A stretch of 64,000 bases of DNA from an uncultured Candidatus Peribacteria bacterium (GCA_964571725.1 CAZNDB010000001.1:322544-386543); one strand, 5' to 3'; positions 35,425-46,335 are shown, counted from the first letter of the stretch. Made by a program: numbers and translations. The notes: generated from the sequence alone by a model not told the origin.

Positions 35425-37959
35425 TTACAAAGTACGAATCTTCTTTTCCATCTTATAAGGTATCAAAATATCGCCTTCCTGGATTTTCAGATTGCCGGTG
35501 ACTTTTATTCCGCAATCGTTTCCTTCTTTTACTTCATCCACCGTATCCTGGTTTTTCTGCAGTGAAGAAACGTTGATCTCTCCCAGCAACTGGCCGTCCC
35601 TCATCACCCGCAATTTTGACTTCTTCTCAATGACGCCGGATTTGACCTTGCAGCCAACAATCATTTCTTTTTTCTTGCTGTAGAAAATCTGGACAACTTG
35701 TAATTCGCCCAAAATCATTTCTACAAATTCGGGCTCCAGCAAGCCATTCAAAATCTTCTTGATGTCATCCAGCAGTTTATAGATGATGTTGTAATGAATC
35801 ACTTCCACGTTTTCTCTTTCCGCCACATTCATTACGTTGCTATTGGCTCTGACGTTAAAGCCCATCACGATGCCGCCTGAGGCAGCAGCCATCATCACGT
35901 CCGATTCGGTTATGTCTCCCACGCCGGATAAGATAATCTTTACCCCGACGTCGTCATGTTTGATTTCTGAAATAGAATGTCTCAGTGCTTCCAGACTGCC
36001 GTTGGTATCGGCTTTCAAAACAATTTTCAGTGTCTTCAGCTGACCGGAAGTAATTGCCGAAATAATTTCGCCTACGCCGCGTTCTCTCTGCTGTGCCTTG
36101 CGTAAATTCTTGATAGTTATGGCGCGCAGACGGGCGGTCTTTTCGTCCGGAACAACCTGCACAATGTCTCCGCTGAAGGCCTTGTCGGTGAGACCGGCAA
36201 TCCAGACCGGAGTAGAAGGTCCTGCCGTCTTGATCTTATGTCCCAGATGGTCCTTCATTACTTTCACGCGTCCGTAACTCTCACCGATGACTATATTGTC
36301 CATTAGTTTGATCGTACCGGTATTGACGATAATAGTGGCCACCGGTCCCAAACTGTGATCCAAGTGGGCTTCAATAACCGTACCGATACCGTCGCGGTTG
36401 GGATTGGCTTTCAGATTGCCCATGTCCGCCACCAGCAAAATCATTTCCAGAAGTTCGGGAATTCCCTGTCCCGTGATCGGGGAAACAGGCACAATTACAG
36501 TACTTCCGCCCCATTCCTCAGGTACCAGATCCACTCCGGCCAGTTCACCCTTCACTTTTTCCACATCGGCATTGGGTTTGTCTATTTTGGTAATAGCCAC
36601 AATAATCGGCACTTTGGCGTCCCTGGCATGTTGCAAAGCTTCCAGTGTCTGTGGCTTGATTCCTTCATCCGCCGCCACTACCAATACCGCGATATCGGTG
36701 GCTTTTGCTCCACGCGCTCTCATTGCGGTAAAAGCTTCATGACCGGGAGTATCCAGAAAGGTAATTTTCTTGCCGTTTTTTTCTACCTGATAGGCTCCAA
36801 TATGCTGGGTAATGCCACCGGCCTCCTGTTCCACTACGTGCGTATGTCTGATGGCATCCAGAAGCTTGGTTTTGCCATGGTCAACGTGCCCCATGATTAC
36901 TACAATCGGCGGTCTGGATTCCATTACCGAATTGTCATGTTCCTTCATCAGATTCTCCAGATTTCCCGAGAACAGATCTTCGGCTGAAGCCACAGTCTGT
37001 CGCTTCTTAATTTTTACTTTGAGGTCTTCCGAGACAATCATGGCGGTGTCAAAATCGATCACCTGATTGATATTGGCCAGAATGCCGTTTTTCATCAGCT
37101 CTCCAATAATTTTTGCGGCTCCCAGTCCTGTCTTTTCGGCGAATTCTTTTACTGTAATGACATCCGGAACTTCAACCACCCTGTTCGGGTCATATTTAAC
37201 CGTATGACTGACTGTGGGAGCTTTCTTGATCTGGCTTCTGAGACTATCTTTTCCGGCGGTCTGTTTCCTTTGGCTCTGAACAATCTCACGTTCCCTCTCT
37301 TCAGCAATCATTTCATCATACATTTCGGCAGTGTCGCGTGGACCTTTATGATCTTTAATTCCAAGCAGTTCATCCGACACTGATGAATCTGTTTTAATTT
37401 TGGGTTTTTGAAAACGGTCTTTATCCCTTTTTACTTTCTTTTCAAACACCTGCTTTTCCTTGACTACTTTGGCTTCCTCAACGTAAGAAAGAGGTTCCGG
37501 TTTCTTGGGGGCAACGGGCTTTTCAAAAATAATAAACTTTTCTCTTCTTTTCTCAATCTTTGGGGCCGGTTCCTCCGTCTTCTTTGCCTGCACGGGGGTA
37601 ACTGTGGTTTTAGCGCTCTTGGGAGCTGTTTTTTTCGGTTCGGATTTCTCGGATTTGGCGGGCTTTTTAACTGTCTTTTCCTTCGACTTGGTCTTTTCTT
37701 TTTTCTTGGACTGTTCTTCTTCTTTAGCCTGAAAATAAGACACCAGCAACTTGGCCAGTTTGGAATCAACCGTTCTGGCAGTCACAGGAAGCTCATGACC
37801 AAGAGCTTTTGCGGCAAAATGAATATCTCTCACAGAAACATAACATTCCTGAGCAATATCTATTAATAAAACATCGTTTTGTTTGTAGTTGACCACGTTA
37901 ATCTTAGGTTTACTGATCGAAAGCGTTTTTAGTTTAGTGTCAAGTTGGAAAAAAGTCAA
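35425..37959 (-). CDS. infB: translation initiation factor IF-2
   Basis: 844 aa. Lys/Glu-rich N-terminus. G domain has GHVDHGKT, DTPGH, NKID-like. TTG start. Confidence 0.95.
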   Translation of the reverse strand: MTFFQLDTKLKTLSISKPKINVVNYKQNDVLLIDIAQECYVSVRDIHFAAKALGHELPVTARTVDSKLAKLLVSYFQAKEEEQSKKKEKTKSKEKTVKKPAKSEKSEPKKTAPKSAKTTVTPVQAKKTEEPAPKIEKRREKFIIFEKPVAPKKPEPLSYVEEAKVVKEKQVFEKKVKRDKDRFQKPKIKTDSSVSDELLGIKDHKGPRDTAEMYDEMIAEEREREIVQSQRKQTAGKDSLRSQIKKAPTVSHTVKYDPNRVVEVPDVITVKEFAEKTGLGAAKIIGELMKNGILANINQVIDFDTAMIVSEDLKVKIKKRQTVASAEDLFSGNLENLMKEHDNSVMESRPPIVVIMGHVDHGKTKLLDAIRHTHVVEQEAGGITQHIGAYQVEKNGKKITFLDTPGHEAFTAMRARGAKATDIAVLVVAADEGIKPQTLEALQHARDAKVPIIVAITKIDKPNADVEKVKGELAGVDLVPEEWGGSTVIVPVSPITGQGIPELLEMILLVADMGNLKANPNRDGIGTVIEAHLDHSLGPVATIIVNTGTIKLMDNIVIGESYGRVKVMKDHLGHKIKTAGPSTPVWIAGLTDKAFSGDIVQVVPDEKTARLRAITIKNLRKAQQRERGVGEIISAITSGQLKTLKIVLKADTNGSLEALRHSISEIKHDDVGVKIILSGVGDITESDVMMAAASGGIVMGFNVRANSNVMNVAERENVEVIHYNIIYKLLDDIKKILNGLLEPEFVEMILGELQVVQIFYSKKKEMIVGCKVKSGVIEKKSKLRVMRDGQLLGEINVSSLQKNQDTVDEVKEGNDCGIKVTGNLKIQEGDILIPYKMEKKIRTL

Positions 37960-38003
37960 AAATTATGCTAAAATAAAAGGAATTTAAGCTTTTTTAATCA
38001 ATT

Positions 38004-38282
38004 ATGCGCAATCAGGGAAAAAATTCGCTGCGTTCCAGCCGTCTGGTCTATCAAAATATGGGAGGCCAGCCCGGACAGAAGGAACAATTCGAAGTAAAAA
38101 CAGAAGAAGTACTGGAAGGGTATGAGCAGGCCACGGAAAAAAACGTTCGTGACAGACTGAAATTGGGTATGGACGTGGACAGAACGCTGGAGCCCATAAA
38201 AGACGAAACGGAGCGCTTCAATCAGACCATTGCCGAAATGAACGAGGAAAGGCTGCGCAGACAGAGTTTGAATGAAAAATAA
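38004..38282 (+). CDS. hypothetical small charged protein (92 aa)
   Basis: ORF divergent from infB and first in a three-gene plus-strand unit. No domains recognised. Confidence 0.45.
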   Translation: MRNQGKNSLRSSRLVYQNMGGQPGQKEQFEVKTEEVLEGYEQATEKNVRDRLKLGMDVDRTLEPIKDETERFNQTIAEMNEERLRRQSLNEK

Positions 38283-38300
38283 AACTATCAAAAAACCAAA

Positions 38301-38492
38301 ATGGAACAAGCAAGTGCTGCAAATCAATCAAATCAAATTAAAAGAGAACTGGAGTTTTTCGGTGAAAAAGTCCTGATAGTGATGGAAGCCGACGGAAGTT
38401 ATTCCGTTTATGCTGACGGAAAAGAAATTGAATTTCTTCCCTGGGCTTTGGAGAAACAAAAATCAATGAAATCAGCGTCTGACCATGAATAA
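38301..38492 (+). CDS. hypothetical small protein (63 aa)
   Basis: ORF whose stop overlaps the ATG of the 988-aa gene (ATGAATAAA). Confidence 0.45.
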   Translation: MEQASAANQSNQIKRELEFFGEKVLIVMEADGSYSVYADGKEIEFLPWALEKQKSMKSASDHE

Positions 38493-41451
38493 ATTTCTGC
38501 AAAAATTTATATTTTGCGAAAAACGGATTGTCTTTCAGGTGCCCGAAACCGTCAAACCGCCAGAATCGCCCAAGTCCGATCAGGCGCGTTTGGCTGAAAT
38601 TGGACAAACTGCTCTAGATAAAGCCCGGCGCGATGCACGCAACGCCGCTGTACGGGCGGGAGCGGACCGAGCGAAGGCAGCCGCGGGAAATCCAAGTGCC
38701 AAGCCTGGGGAAAAATCTTCAACAGCCCCCGCTGCCAAACCTGGAGATAAACCCGCCACAACTCCCGCCGCCAAACCCGCCGAAACCAAAAATTTACCCG
38801 AGTTACCCAAAGGTCTGACCGGACTAAAGGTTGATAAAGACAAGGCTGTCACAAAAGACGGAAGGGTTGAACAACAATTCAAATTTGGCGATTTGGGCGT
38901 ACCGGGGAAAATTATCATGCCTGAAAAACCCAAAGATGGTGCGAAAACAACCATCATGTTTAACTATGTGGATGATCCGGACAAGTTTGATCACGGCAAG
39001 TTCCTCGAAGAAATGAAAAAAAGCAAAATTGACCTGGGGAATACGGTTATCGTGACCATCAGAACTCCGGAAGCCACCATCAAGGTTAACCGCGAACAGG
39101 TCAACACCATGACGCAGCTGGTAGGGGAAGTGGAAAAATTCCAACAGGAGCTTTCCAAGGATCCGAAATTCAAAGACCTCAAATTAACGCGGGCAGAAAA
39201 TATTATGCACATGACCTCTAAAGGAGAATCGGAGAAAGTGAAGCTGCTGCTGACCAAATACCAGGAATTTGCTGCAGACAAAGACCCGCGCGCGGCTAAC
39301 ATAAACGCAGTTCTGGATAATGATCCCACAAACTTTGTTGCCAGTCTGGAAAAGGCCCTTGAACCGGCTGAAAAGCCTCAACCGGAAGCGGCACCCGTCC
39401 AACCTGACGATCAGGGCGCCACGGCGGCTGCTGGAGGCGGAGCGTCAAGCGGTGGAGGAAGATCGGGGGGTGGGGGAACCGGCAGCGGTGGAGGAGGGAG
39501 TGGCGGCAATACTGAAACTCCATCAGCTCAGTCCGAAACAGCCCCAACCAGTGAAAGTGAAACGCCTGCGCCCGCCGGGGATACTGAAACGGTAGATCAA
39601 TCCAAAACCAATCCTGAGGTAAAAGGGGAGGGGATAGACCGCGTTTTGATTCTGGGCGATTCTTTGCTTGAATTGACTCAGAAAAGGGTGGCGGATCATT
39701 ATAAATCCAATATCATTGATACTACAGCGGTCAGAAGTAAAACTTTACATCAAATGCTGGGTGAACTGGAAGCGCGTGGCAAATCCCTGGAAAAGCTGAA
39801 CAGTGACAAATGCCGCGGTACCATAGTTGTGAACGGGGGAGTAAACGATCTTGCGGCGGGCGGAACCGATGTCGACATTTTTGCCGACATGGAAAAAATG
39901 GTGGAAATTGCCAAAAAGTATAAATTGAAAATAAATTTCTGCGCGCTGGCTCCTTTTGGCGGTACGACCTATCAGTCGTTGCAAAAGGATTTTGATAAGA
40001 AAAATGAATACCGAAAAAAAATAAATGCCAAGCTTTATGCGCTTGCCAATGTGGATGGAGCCAATGTCGGGGTAATTCCTCTGGACAAGGGAAAATCTGC
40101 CGGCGGGCTTGCGGATGATAATGATGCCAACAAGCTGGATCCAACTTACGCTTCCAAAGACGGTCTTCATTTGAGCATCGGTGGGGAAGCCGGCAAAGAC
40201 GGAACGGAAGCCATGGCAGCCGCTATCGTTAAACACCTTGGCGAGCCGGTAACTTTAGCCAGCGGGGACAAAACTCCCGATACCGTAAAACCGCCTGAAA
40301 CAGGCAATCCCACGGTTCCAGGACAGTTGGATATTTATACGCCAAAACCGGAAGAAAAATTAATTCCCTATTCGGAAAACGCTCCTGAGTTGAAAGACCT
40401 TTTCAGTACCTGGGCCATCCGGACCCGCGCTGATTTACTCAAAGCAGGTCTCAAGCCGGAAACATACGTAAAAACAGAATTTAACGGAAAGCCTCTTCTG
40501 GCAATTTTGCGGCCTCACACTATTCGTGGAGCAACGGGAGGAGCCTTGCCGCCCGGGACGCTGGGACTGGAAACATACGAGATTGAACGTACGGCAAATA
40601 CGGAGGCTGAAAAAAAAAGTCCTGAATCATCAGGAAGAACTCCGGAACTAAGATTAAGTCAGCGCGAAGTTAGTGGCGGGAATTTTGAGAAGATGCCGTC
40701 GCTGGCCGGCGGAGAAATAGAATTGTCCTTAAATTATCCTAAAAGCTTCAATCCCGCTTTTCCCACCGAGTTAATTGTTTACGCAACGCCCAATGGTCAG
40801 GCACCAGAGCGGACCAACGGATCGGGAAACCAGATTGGCCGGCAGGCAGATTTGTTGCGCTCGGGGAGCGGGGAATATCGCAACAAAAACCTGATTATTG
40901 CCTATATTTCTCCTTTAAGCAGAAAATGGGAAGAATATCTCGCCCGGAATCCCGCAGGAGGCAGCCCTGTGCTTCGCGAACTTACGGCTGTGGTAAATAA
41001 CAAATTTCATCCCGGGCAGCTTGATATCAGTTTTGATTCGCACAGCGGCGGAGGCGCTTTTGCGTTTAATATTATGAATGAGCAAAACGCCATACCTGCC
41101 GGAGTCAGACATCTTGATTTCTTCGACAGTCTCTATTATTACCACGGGGCGAAGCACGCAGGGATTATTAAAAAATGGCTGGATTCCAATCATAAAAATA
41201 CTTTTGCCCTGGTGGCGGGTACCCCTCCCATTATCGTCAAACAAAAACAATTAATCTCGGATCTGGAAAAAATGGGTGTGACTTTCTCCGGCAGCACGGA
41301 TCAGGACAATAACACAGAATATTCTGCCTATAATGGCAGAGTTAGAATCAAAGTACTCAATACTTCTGATCACGGTGGTACGGTCACCAGAAATGGCTTT
41401 GCCTATGCGCATGATCCGGAAAACTTCGAAATCGGCTCCCGTGCTGCGTAA
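38485..41451 (+). CDS. 988-aa protein with central SGNH/GDSL hydrolase domain and a possible C-terminal serine-hydrolase-like region
   Basis: SGNH blocks occur in order: VLILGDSL (block I), VVNGGVNDL (block III), DGLHLS (block V). AKPG repeats lie at the N-terminus and a Gly/Ser linker follows. A DSHSGGG nucleophile-elbow-like motif lies near the C-terminus. No signal peptide. Confidence 0.75.
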   Translation: MNKFLQKFIFCEKRIVFQVPETVKPPESPKSDQARLAEIGQTALDKARRDARNAAVRAGADRAKAAAGNPSAKPGEKSSTAPAAKPGDKPATTPAAKPAETKNLPELPKGLTGLKVDKDKAVTKDGRVEQQFKFGDLGVPGKIIMPEKPKDGAKTTIMFNYVDDPDKFDHGKFLEEMKKSKIDLGNTVIVTIRTPEATIKVNREQVNTMTQLVGEVEKFQQELSKDPKFKDLKLTRAENIMHMTSKGESEKVKLLLTKYQEFAADKDPRAANINAVLDNDPTNFVASLEKALEPAEKPQPEAAPVQPDDQGATAAAGGGASSGGGRSGGGGTGSGGGGSGGNTETPSAQSETAPTSESETPAPAGDTETVDQSKTNPEVKGEGIDRVLILGDSLLELTQKRVADHYKSNIIDTTAVRSKTLHQMLGELEARGKSLEKLNSDKCRGTIVVNGGVNDLAAGGTDVDIFADMEKMVEIAKKYKLKINFCALAPFGGTTYQSLQKDFDKKNEYRKKINAKLYALANVDGANVGVIPLDKGKSAGGLADDNDANKLDPTYASKDGLHLSIGGEAGKDGTEAMAAAIVKHLGEPVTLASGDKTPDTVKPPETGNPTVPGQLDIYTPKPEEKLIPYSENAPELKDLFSTWAIRTRADLLKAGLKPETYVKTEFNGKPLLAILRPHTIRGATGGALPPGTLGLETYEIERTANTEAEKKSPESSGRTPELRLSQREVSGGNFEKMPSLAGGEIELSLNYPKSFNPAFPTELIVYATPNGQAPERTNGSGNQIGRQADLLRSGSGEYRNKNLIIAYISPLSRKWEEYLARNPAGGSPVLRELTAVVNNKFHPGQLDISFDSHSGGGAFAFNIMNEQNAIPAGVRHLDFFDSLYYYHGAKHAGIIKKWLDSNHKNTFALVAGTPPIIVKQKQLISDLEKMGVTFSGSTDQDNNTEYSAYNGRVRIKVLNTSDHGGTVTRNGFAYAHDPENFEIGSRAA

Positions 41452-41461
41452 ATAAAAGCAC

Positions 41462-41492
41462 AAATAAAAAAGGGGAGCCGGTTCAGCCCCCC
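41462..41492 (-). terminator. rho-independent terminator for rpsA (hairpin may also stop the convergent 988-aa gene)
   Basis: GGGGAGC...GCCCCCC hairpin at 41472-41492, followed on the minus strand by TTTTTTATTTG. Confidence 0.65.
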
Positions 41493-41505
41493 TTTCAATC
41501 TAAAA

Positions 41506-42714
41506 CTATTCTTCTTTCTTTTCTTTCTTCACGACCTTTTTTTTAATTACTTTCTTTTCCTTCTTTTCTTCCGGCTCTTCAGCTTCTGCACTCTCTTCAT
41601 CCTTCTTTTGGGCTTTCTTCTCTTTTTCAGGAGCTTCGGTCAGGGCTTTGATGGAAAGACCGACCCTGTGTTCATCAGGTTCAATAGCGATGACTTTTGC
41701 TTTGACGGTATCGCCAACCTTGAGCACAGTATTGGGATCGTTGACTTCATCGTGTGAAATTTCACTGACGTGAATCAGGCCGTTGATGTCATCGCTGAGT
41801 TTGATAAATGCTCCAAATGGAGTAATCCGGTTAATTTCACCGTCGATTACTGTTCCAATCTGATATTTCTTGGTAGCTTCCAGCCATGGATCTTCTGTCA
41901 GTCTCTTCATGGAAAGTGAAATCTTGTCGCCTTCCAGTCCGATTACCATAACTTTCACGTCTTCACCCAGTCTGCCGTAATCTGATGGGTTTTTAACGTG
42001 TCCCCAGGCAATTTCCGAAATATGAACCAGACCTTCCAGTCCATTGAAAGCCACAAATATACCGAATTTTACCACGCCGCTGATTCTGCCGGTAACCACA
42101 TCTCCAACCTTGATACCTTCCAGGGCATTCTGTCTCTGTTCTTCCATGGCGGCTTTTTCGGAAAGGATCAATTTACCGTTGTCTTTATCAATATTAATAA
42201 TTTTCACGCGGAATCTCTGTCCAACCAGCTCCTGCAGTCTTTGAAGAATCATGTTGGAATCGGCACCGTTGACACGGGGATAATGCATCGGGGCCAGCTG
42301 GGAAACAGGAATAAAGCCTTTGATACCATCGATATCCAGAAGCAGACCTCCTTTGTTGGCCTCACTGGCGGATACTTCGATCACCAGGCCTTTCTCGAAA
42401 GCGTCTGAAAACTTCTTCCAGGTCTTTTCCTGGGAAGCCTTGCGGAGTGACATGACGATATAACCTTCTTCGTCCTCTCCGTCGATAACGTAGGCCGAAA
42501 CCTGATCGCCAACCTTCAGCGTCTTTACCGTTTCTGCGCTGTCTTTGGCTTCACGGCCACTGATCAGACCAACGGCGATGCCATTGATGTCGACCAGAAT
42601 TTTGCTTTTATAGATGGCAATAACTTCACCCTCCACCAGTTCACCCGGCTGGGGTAATTTGAAATCAGGAATTTGGGCTAAAAAGCCTTGATCCTTGGCA
42701 ACAGTTTTATTCAT
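41506..42714 (-). CDS. rpsA: 30S ribosomal protein S1 (multiple S1 domains, Lys/Glu-rich tail)
   Basis: Repeated S1-motif units (G..V.G.V..I...G.FV). Start taken at the ATG at 42714 (MNKTVAKDQ...). Confidence 0.85.
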   Translation of the reverse strand: MNKTVAKDQGFLAQIPDFKLPQPGELVEGEVIAIYKSKILVDINGIAVGLISGREAKDSAETVKTLKVGDQVSAYVIDGEDEEGYIVMSLRKASQEKTWKKFSDAFEKGLVIEVSASEANKGGLLLDIDGIKGFIPVSQLAPMHYPRVNGADSNMILQRLQELVGQRFRVKIINIDKDNGKLILSEKAAMEEQRQNALEGIKVGDVVTGRISGVVKFGIFVAFNGLEGLVHISEIAWGHVKNPSDYGRLGEDVKVMVIGLEGDKISLSMKRLTEDPWLEATKKYQIGTVIDGEINRITPFGAFIKLSDDINGLIHVSEISHDEVNDPNTVLKVGDTVKAKVIAIEPDEHRVGLSIKALTEAPEKEKKAQKKDEESAEAEEPEEKKEKKVIKKKVVKKEKKEE

Positions 42715-42834
42715 GCTAAACTTGGCCTGGCAGCAATTAATTATATAAGCCTTATTAGCGCATCTGCTTGGCCAATCTGCTCTAATCAGGCTAAACAAGT
42801 CTAGATTTAACCCCTGATATAGTCAAGACAAACT

Positions 42835-43596
42835 ATGAAAACACATAATTATTGGAGATTCATCCTCAAAACGACCAGTCTGCCCCAGTCTCTCGTCCCC
42901 GGAGAAAGCATGAGTCTGGATCCCTCCGAGGAGGATATATTTTATCAGCTTACCAAGGTATTCCGGGCAAAAGCAGGGGACAATCTGATTTTGATGGATC
43001 TGAACACCACCTCCCCTGAGAATCGAGAAGCAAATTTTACCATCACGGAAATCGGCAAAAAAGTAATCGAACTTAAACTGGAAAAAACCAGGATTATCAG
43101 TGATCCTCTCCAATATGATTTGACGCTGGTTTTTGCGCTGCCCAATAAGCCGGCTAAACTGGAAATGGTACTGCAGCACGCCACCGAACTGGGGGTGACC
43201 GGGTTCGTACTGCTTCCCACCGATAACAGCAATTTCAGTCACCAGGTCAGAATTGACAGGCTGGAAAAGATCTTAATAGAGGCAGTTGAGCAGTCTGAAA
43301 GAGCCAGGGTTCCCCAAATCGTTTTATATAAAAATCTTGACGAATATTTGCGGCAGCTTTCGCACCCCTGTCTTGCCGCGGTGGAGCGCCAGACCGACCA
43401 AAAGAACCTGCTTGAAATAGACGTAACGTCTGATTGTGACGTCTTAATCGGTCCGGAAGGGGGATTCAGCAATAGGGAATTCGACCTGCTGGCAAAAAGC
43501 ACAGTCACGCCGGTCTCACTTGGTTCTCAGATATTGCGCAACGAAACCGCGGCCATTGTGGCTTGCGGAATAATTGCACTTAAGCTGCAGCGATAG
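42835..43596 (+). CDS. rsmE: 16S rRNA (uracil1498-N3)-methyltransferase
   Basis: 253 aa. The C-terminal LIGPEGGFS..E motif is characteristic of RsmE. Confidence 0.8.
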   Translation: MKTHNYWRFILKTTSLPQSLVPGESMSLDPSEEDIFYQLTKVFRAKAGDNLILMDLNTTSPENREANFTITEIGKKVIELKLEKTRIISDPLQYDLTLVFALPNKPAKLEMVLQHATELGVTGFVLLPTDNSNFSHQVRIDRLEKILIEAVEQSERARVPQIVLYKNLDEYLRQLSHPCLAAVERQTDQKNLLEIDVTSDCDVLIGPEGGFSNREFDLLAKSTVTPVSLGSQILRNETAAIVACGIIALKLQR

Positions 43597-46210
43597 TTTT
43601 TCTGGTTCTGGCGGCCGCCTTTTTCTGGACTTTCTTTTTGAGCACAATTTTATCAGTTTCTTTGGTGATCAAAATCGTGTCTCCTTCATTGAAACTTTCC
43701 TCCAGAAAACCCTCCGTTAACTGGTCTTCCACCAGTTCCTGGATTTTTCTGCGTACCGGTCTCGCGCCGTATTCCGGGTCAAAACTCTGGTCAGCCAGCA
43801 TTTCCAGGGCTTCCGGAGTGCATTCCAATACAATGTTTTTCGCGTTGATGCGCAGTTGCAGCTGGGCCAAATGCAGTTTGACTATTTCCTTGATGTGTTC
43901 GTGCGTCAAAGCTCGGAAGACGATGGTTTTTTCAATTCTGTTCAGAAATTCCGGACGGAAATTCTTTTTCAGTTCTTCCAGAACCTCCTCTTTAAGTCTT
44001 TCATAATCCTGTTCCGCTTTGGACAGCTCATCGTGAGTCAGATTGAAACCGATCGGAGCAGCTCTCTCGGTCAGCTTCTTGGAGCCGATATTGGTGGTCA
44101 TGATTACGATAGTGTTCTTGAAATCAATCATTCTGCCCTTGGCATCAGTCAGCATGCCGTCTTCCAGGATCTGTAACAATAAATTGAAAACGTCGGGATG
44201 AGCCTTTTCGATTTCATCAAACAAAACCACCGCGTAGGGTTTTCTGCGTACCGCCTCTGTCAATTGTCCGCCCTCCTCGTAGCCCACGTAGCCGGCAGTC
44301 GCGCCCACCAGTCTGGAAGTATTATGTCTTTCCATAAACTCACTCATGTCAATCTTGATCAGTGCTTCTTTGTCATTGAAAACCTCCTGCGCCAGTGCTT
44401 TTACCAGCTCGGTTTTACCAATTCCGGTCGGTCCCATGAATATAAAAGATCCAATCGGTCGGCGTTCGTCGGAAATACCAACGCGGGAGCGTCTGATAGC
44501 CTGGGATACCGCGTGTACAGCCTCATCCTGACCAATAATTCTTTTCTTTAGTTTCTCTTCAATATTAATCAGACGGGTCTTGTCGTCCTTGACCAGTCTG
44601 GAAACTTCCACGCCCGTCATTTGTCCCACCACTCTGGCAATGTCGTCCACGCCCACAGTCTGTCTTTGTTCCCGGGGGGTTTTGACGAAACGGTTGCTTT
44701 CAATTTCCTTCAGCAGTTTCAATTCTTTGTCGCGCAGTTCCGCGGCATGTTCATAATTCTGTTTGGACACGCTCTCTTCCTTTTCCTTGATTATTTTGGC
44801 CAGGTCTTTTTGCAAAGCTCTGATCTTGTCGTTATTACCTTTCATTTTCATTCTTTTCAGTGAGCTGGCCTCGTCCAGCAGATCTATCGCTTTATCGGGC
44901 AGGAAACGGTCGTTGATGTATCTTTTGGAGAGTTTTACGGAAGCTTCCAGGGCTTCATCGGAAATTATCAGATTGTGATGATCTTCAAATCCTTCTCTGA
45001 TTCCTTTTATAATCAGTAAGGTTTCTTCCGGAGTGGGCTCTTCGACTTTTACCGGCTGGAACCGTCTTTCAAATGCGGCATCTGTTTCCACCTGTTTCCG
45101 GTATTCGGAAATGGTGGTGGCACCGATTACCTGAACTTTTCCTCTGGAAAGAGCCGGCTTTAAAATGTTGGATGCGTCCAGACTGCCTTCCGCGCTTCCT
45201 GCGCCGATAACGGTATGCAATTCGTCAATAAAGAGAATTACGTTTCCTACAGCTGCCGCTTCATCGATAATTTGTTTGATTCTTTCCTCAAATTCACCGC
45301 GGTATTTTGTGCCGGCCACCACGGAAGACATCTGCAGCGACAGAATCTTTTTGTCCATCAGACTGTCGGGAACTTCTTCGTTGATCAGGGAATAGGCAAT
45401 CCCCTCGGCAATGGCGGTTTTGCCCACGCCAGGTTCTCCGATAAATACGGGATTGTTCTTGGTTTTTCGACAAAGAATTCCGATACCTCGTTCAATTTCC
45501 TTCTTTCTGCCAATCACCGGGCTCAGCTTTCCTTTTCTGCATTCATCGGTTAAATCGGTCGTGAAATAATCCAGGGCAGGGGTTTTGGAGGGAGTACCCT
45601 GTTTTTCGCCCTTTTTATACTTTGCTTTGCCTTCAGTTTCCATCTGGGCACCTCCGGTCATCATACCCTGTAAGCCGTTCAGGAAGAATTCAAAGGGATT
45701 CATGGACTGCTGTCCTCCAGCGTTCTGTCCTCCGGCGGCAACCGGCGGTAAGTTGGACTTCTCAAAGTTCTTGATCAGCTGATCCTTTACGTCGGCCGGG
45801 TTTACTTTCATGTTTTCCAGTATCACGGTTGCCGCCGTATCATCCTGGCCAACCAGCGCGTAAAGCAAATGCTCCGTCCCCACATAACTGTGATTGTACA
45901 TATGGGCCGAGCGTACGGCCTCTTCAATAATTTTTTTGGCTTTGCCGGAAAGACCTCCCCAGCCGCTTTGCGGTGAAGATTGAGGCGCGTTGATCCTGCC
46001 CACGCTTTTGATGACCATGTCGACATTCTCCAGACTAACTCCAAAACCGGCCAGTATGGTCGATCCGAGTGATTGTTTTTGGCTGAGAACTCCCATTAAG
46101 ACGTGTTCCGTTCCGACATAGTTCCTCTTAGCTTCTTTGGCCTTTTCCTGGGCAATAATCAAAGCCTGCTTGGCTTCCTTGGTAAATTTCTCAAAATTTG
46201 TGTCTGACAT
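43580..46210 (-). CDS. clpC: ATP-dependent Clp protease ATP-binding subunit ClpC
   Basis: 876 aa. Has Clp_N repeats, two AAA+ modules (GEPGVGKT, GPTGIGKT), a short middle domain with UVR-like QNYEHAAELRDKE, and an IGF loop (APIGFN). Confidence 0.88.
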   Translation of the reverse strand: MSDTNFEKFTKEAKQALIIAQEKAKEAKRNYVGTEHVLMGVLSQKQSLGSTILAGFGVSLENVDMVIKSVGRINAPQSSPQSGWGGLSGKAKKIIEEAVRSAHMYNHSYVGTEHLLYALVGQDDTAATVILENMKVNPADVKDQLIKNFEKSNLPPVAAGGQNAGGQQSMNPFEFFLNGLQGMMTGGAQMETEGKAKYKKGEKQGTPSKTPALDYFTTDLTDECRKGKLSPVIGRKKEIERGIGILCRKTKNNPVFIGEPGVGKTAIAEGIAYSLINEEVPDSLMDKKILSLQMSSVVAGTKYRGEFEERIKQIIDEAAAVGNVILFIDELHTVIGAGSAEGSLDASNILKPALSRGKVQVIGATTISEYRKQVETDAAFERRFQPVKVEEPTPEETLLIIKGIREGFEDHHNLIISDEALEASVKLSKRYINDRFLPDKAIDLLDEASSLKRMKMKGNNDKIRALQKDLAKIIKEKEESVSKQNYEHAAELRDKELKLLKEIESNRFVKTPREQRQTVGVDDIARVVGQMTGVEVSRLVKDDKTRLINIEEKLKKRIIGQDEAVHAVSQAIRRSRVGISDERRPIGSFIFMGPTGIGKTELVKALAQEVFNDKEALIKIDMSEFMERHNTSRLVGATAGYVGYEEGGQLTEAVRRKPYAVVLFDEIEKAHPDVFNLLLQILEDGMLTDAKGRMIDFKNTIVIMTTNIGSKKLTERAAPIGFNLTHDELSKAEQDYERLKEEVLEELKKNFRPEFLNRIEKTIVFRALTHEHIKEIVKLHLAQLQLRINAKNIVLECTPEALEMLADQSFDPEYGARPVRRKIQELVEDQLTEGFLEESFNEGDTILITKETDKIVLKKKVQKKAAARTRKTIAAA

Positions 46211-46335
46211 CTACTTTTATTTAATTAATTCTATATATTTTAGCATAGCTAAGCCCTTAATTTAACATAACTAGCCCTAAAAACGCTTTACTTAACCAGC
46301 ATATATGCTTTTAATCCTCAATTAAGGTTATTTAA

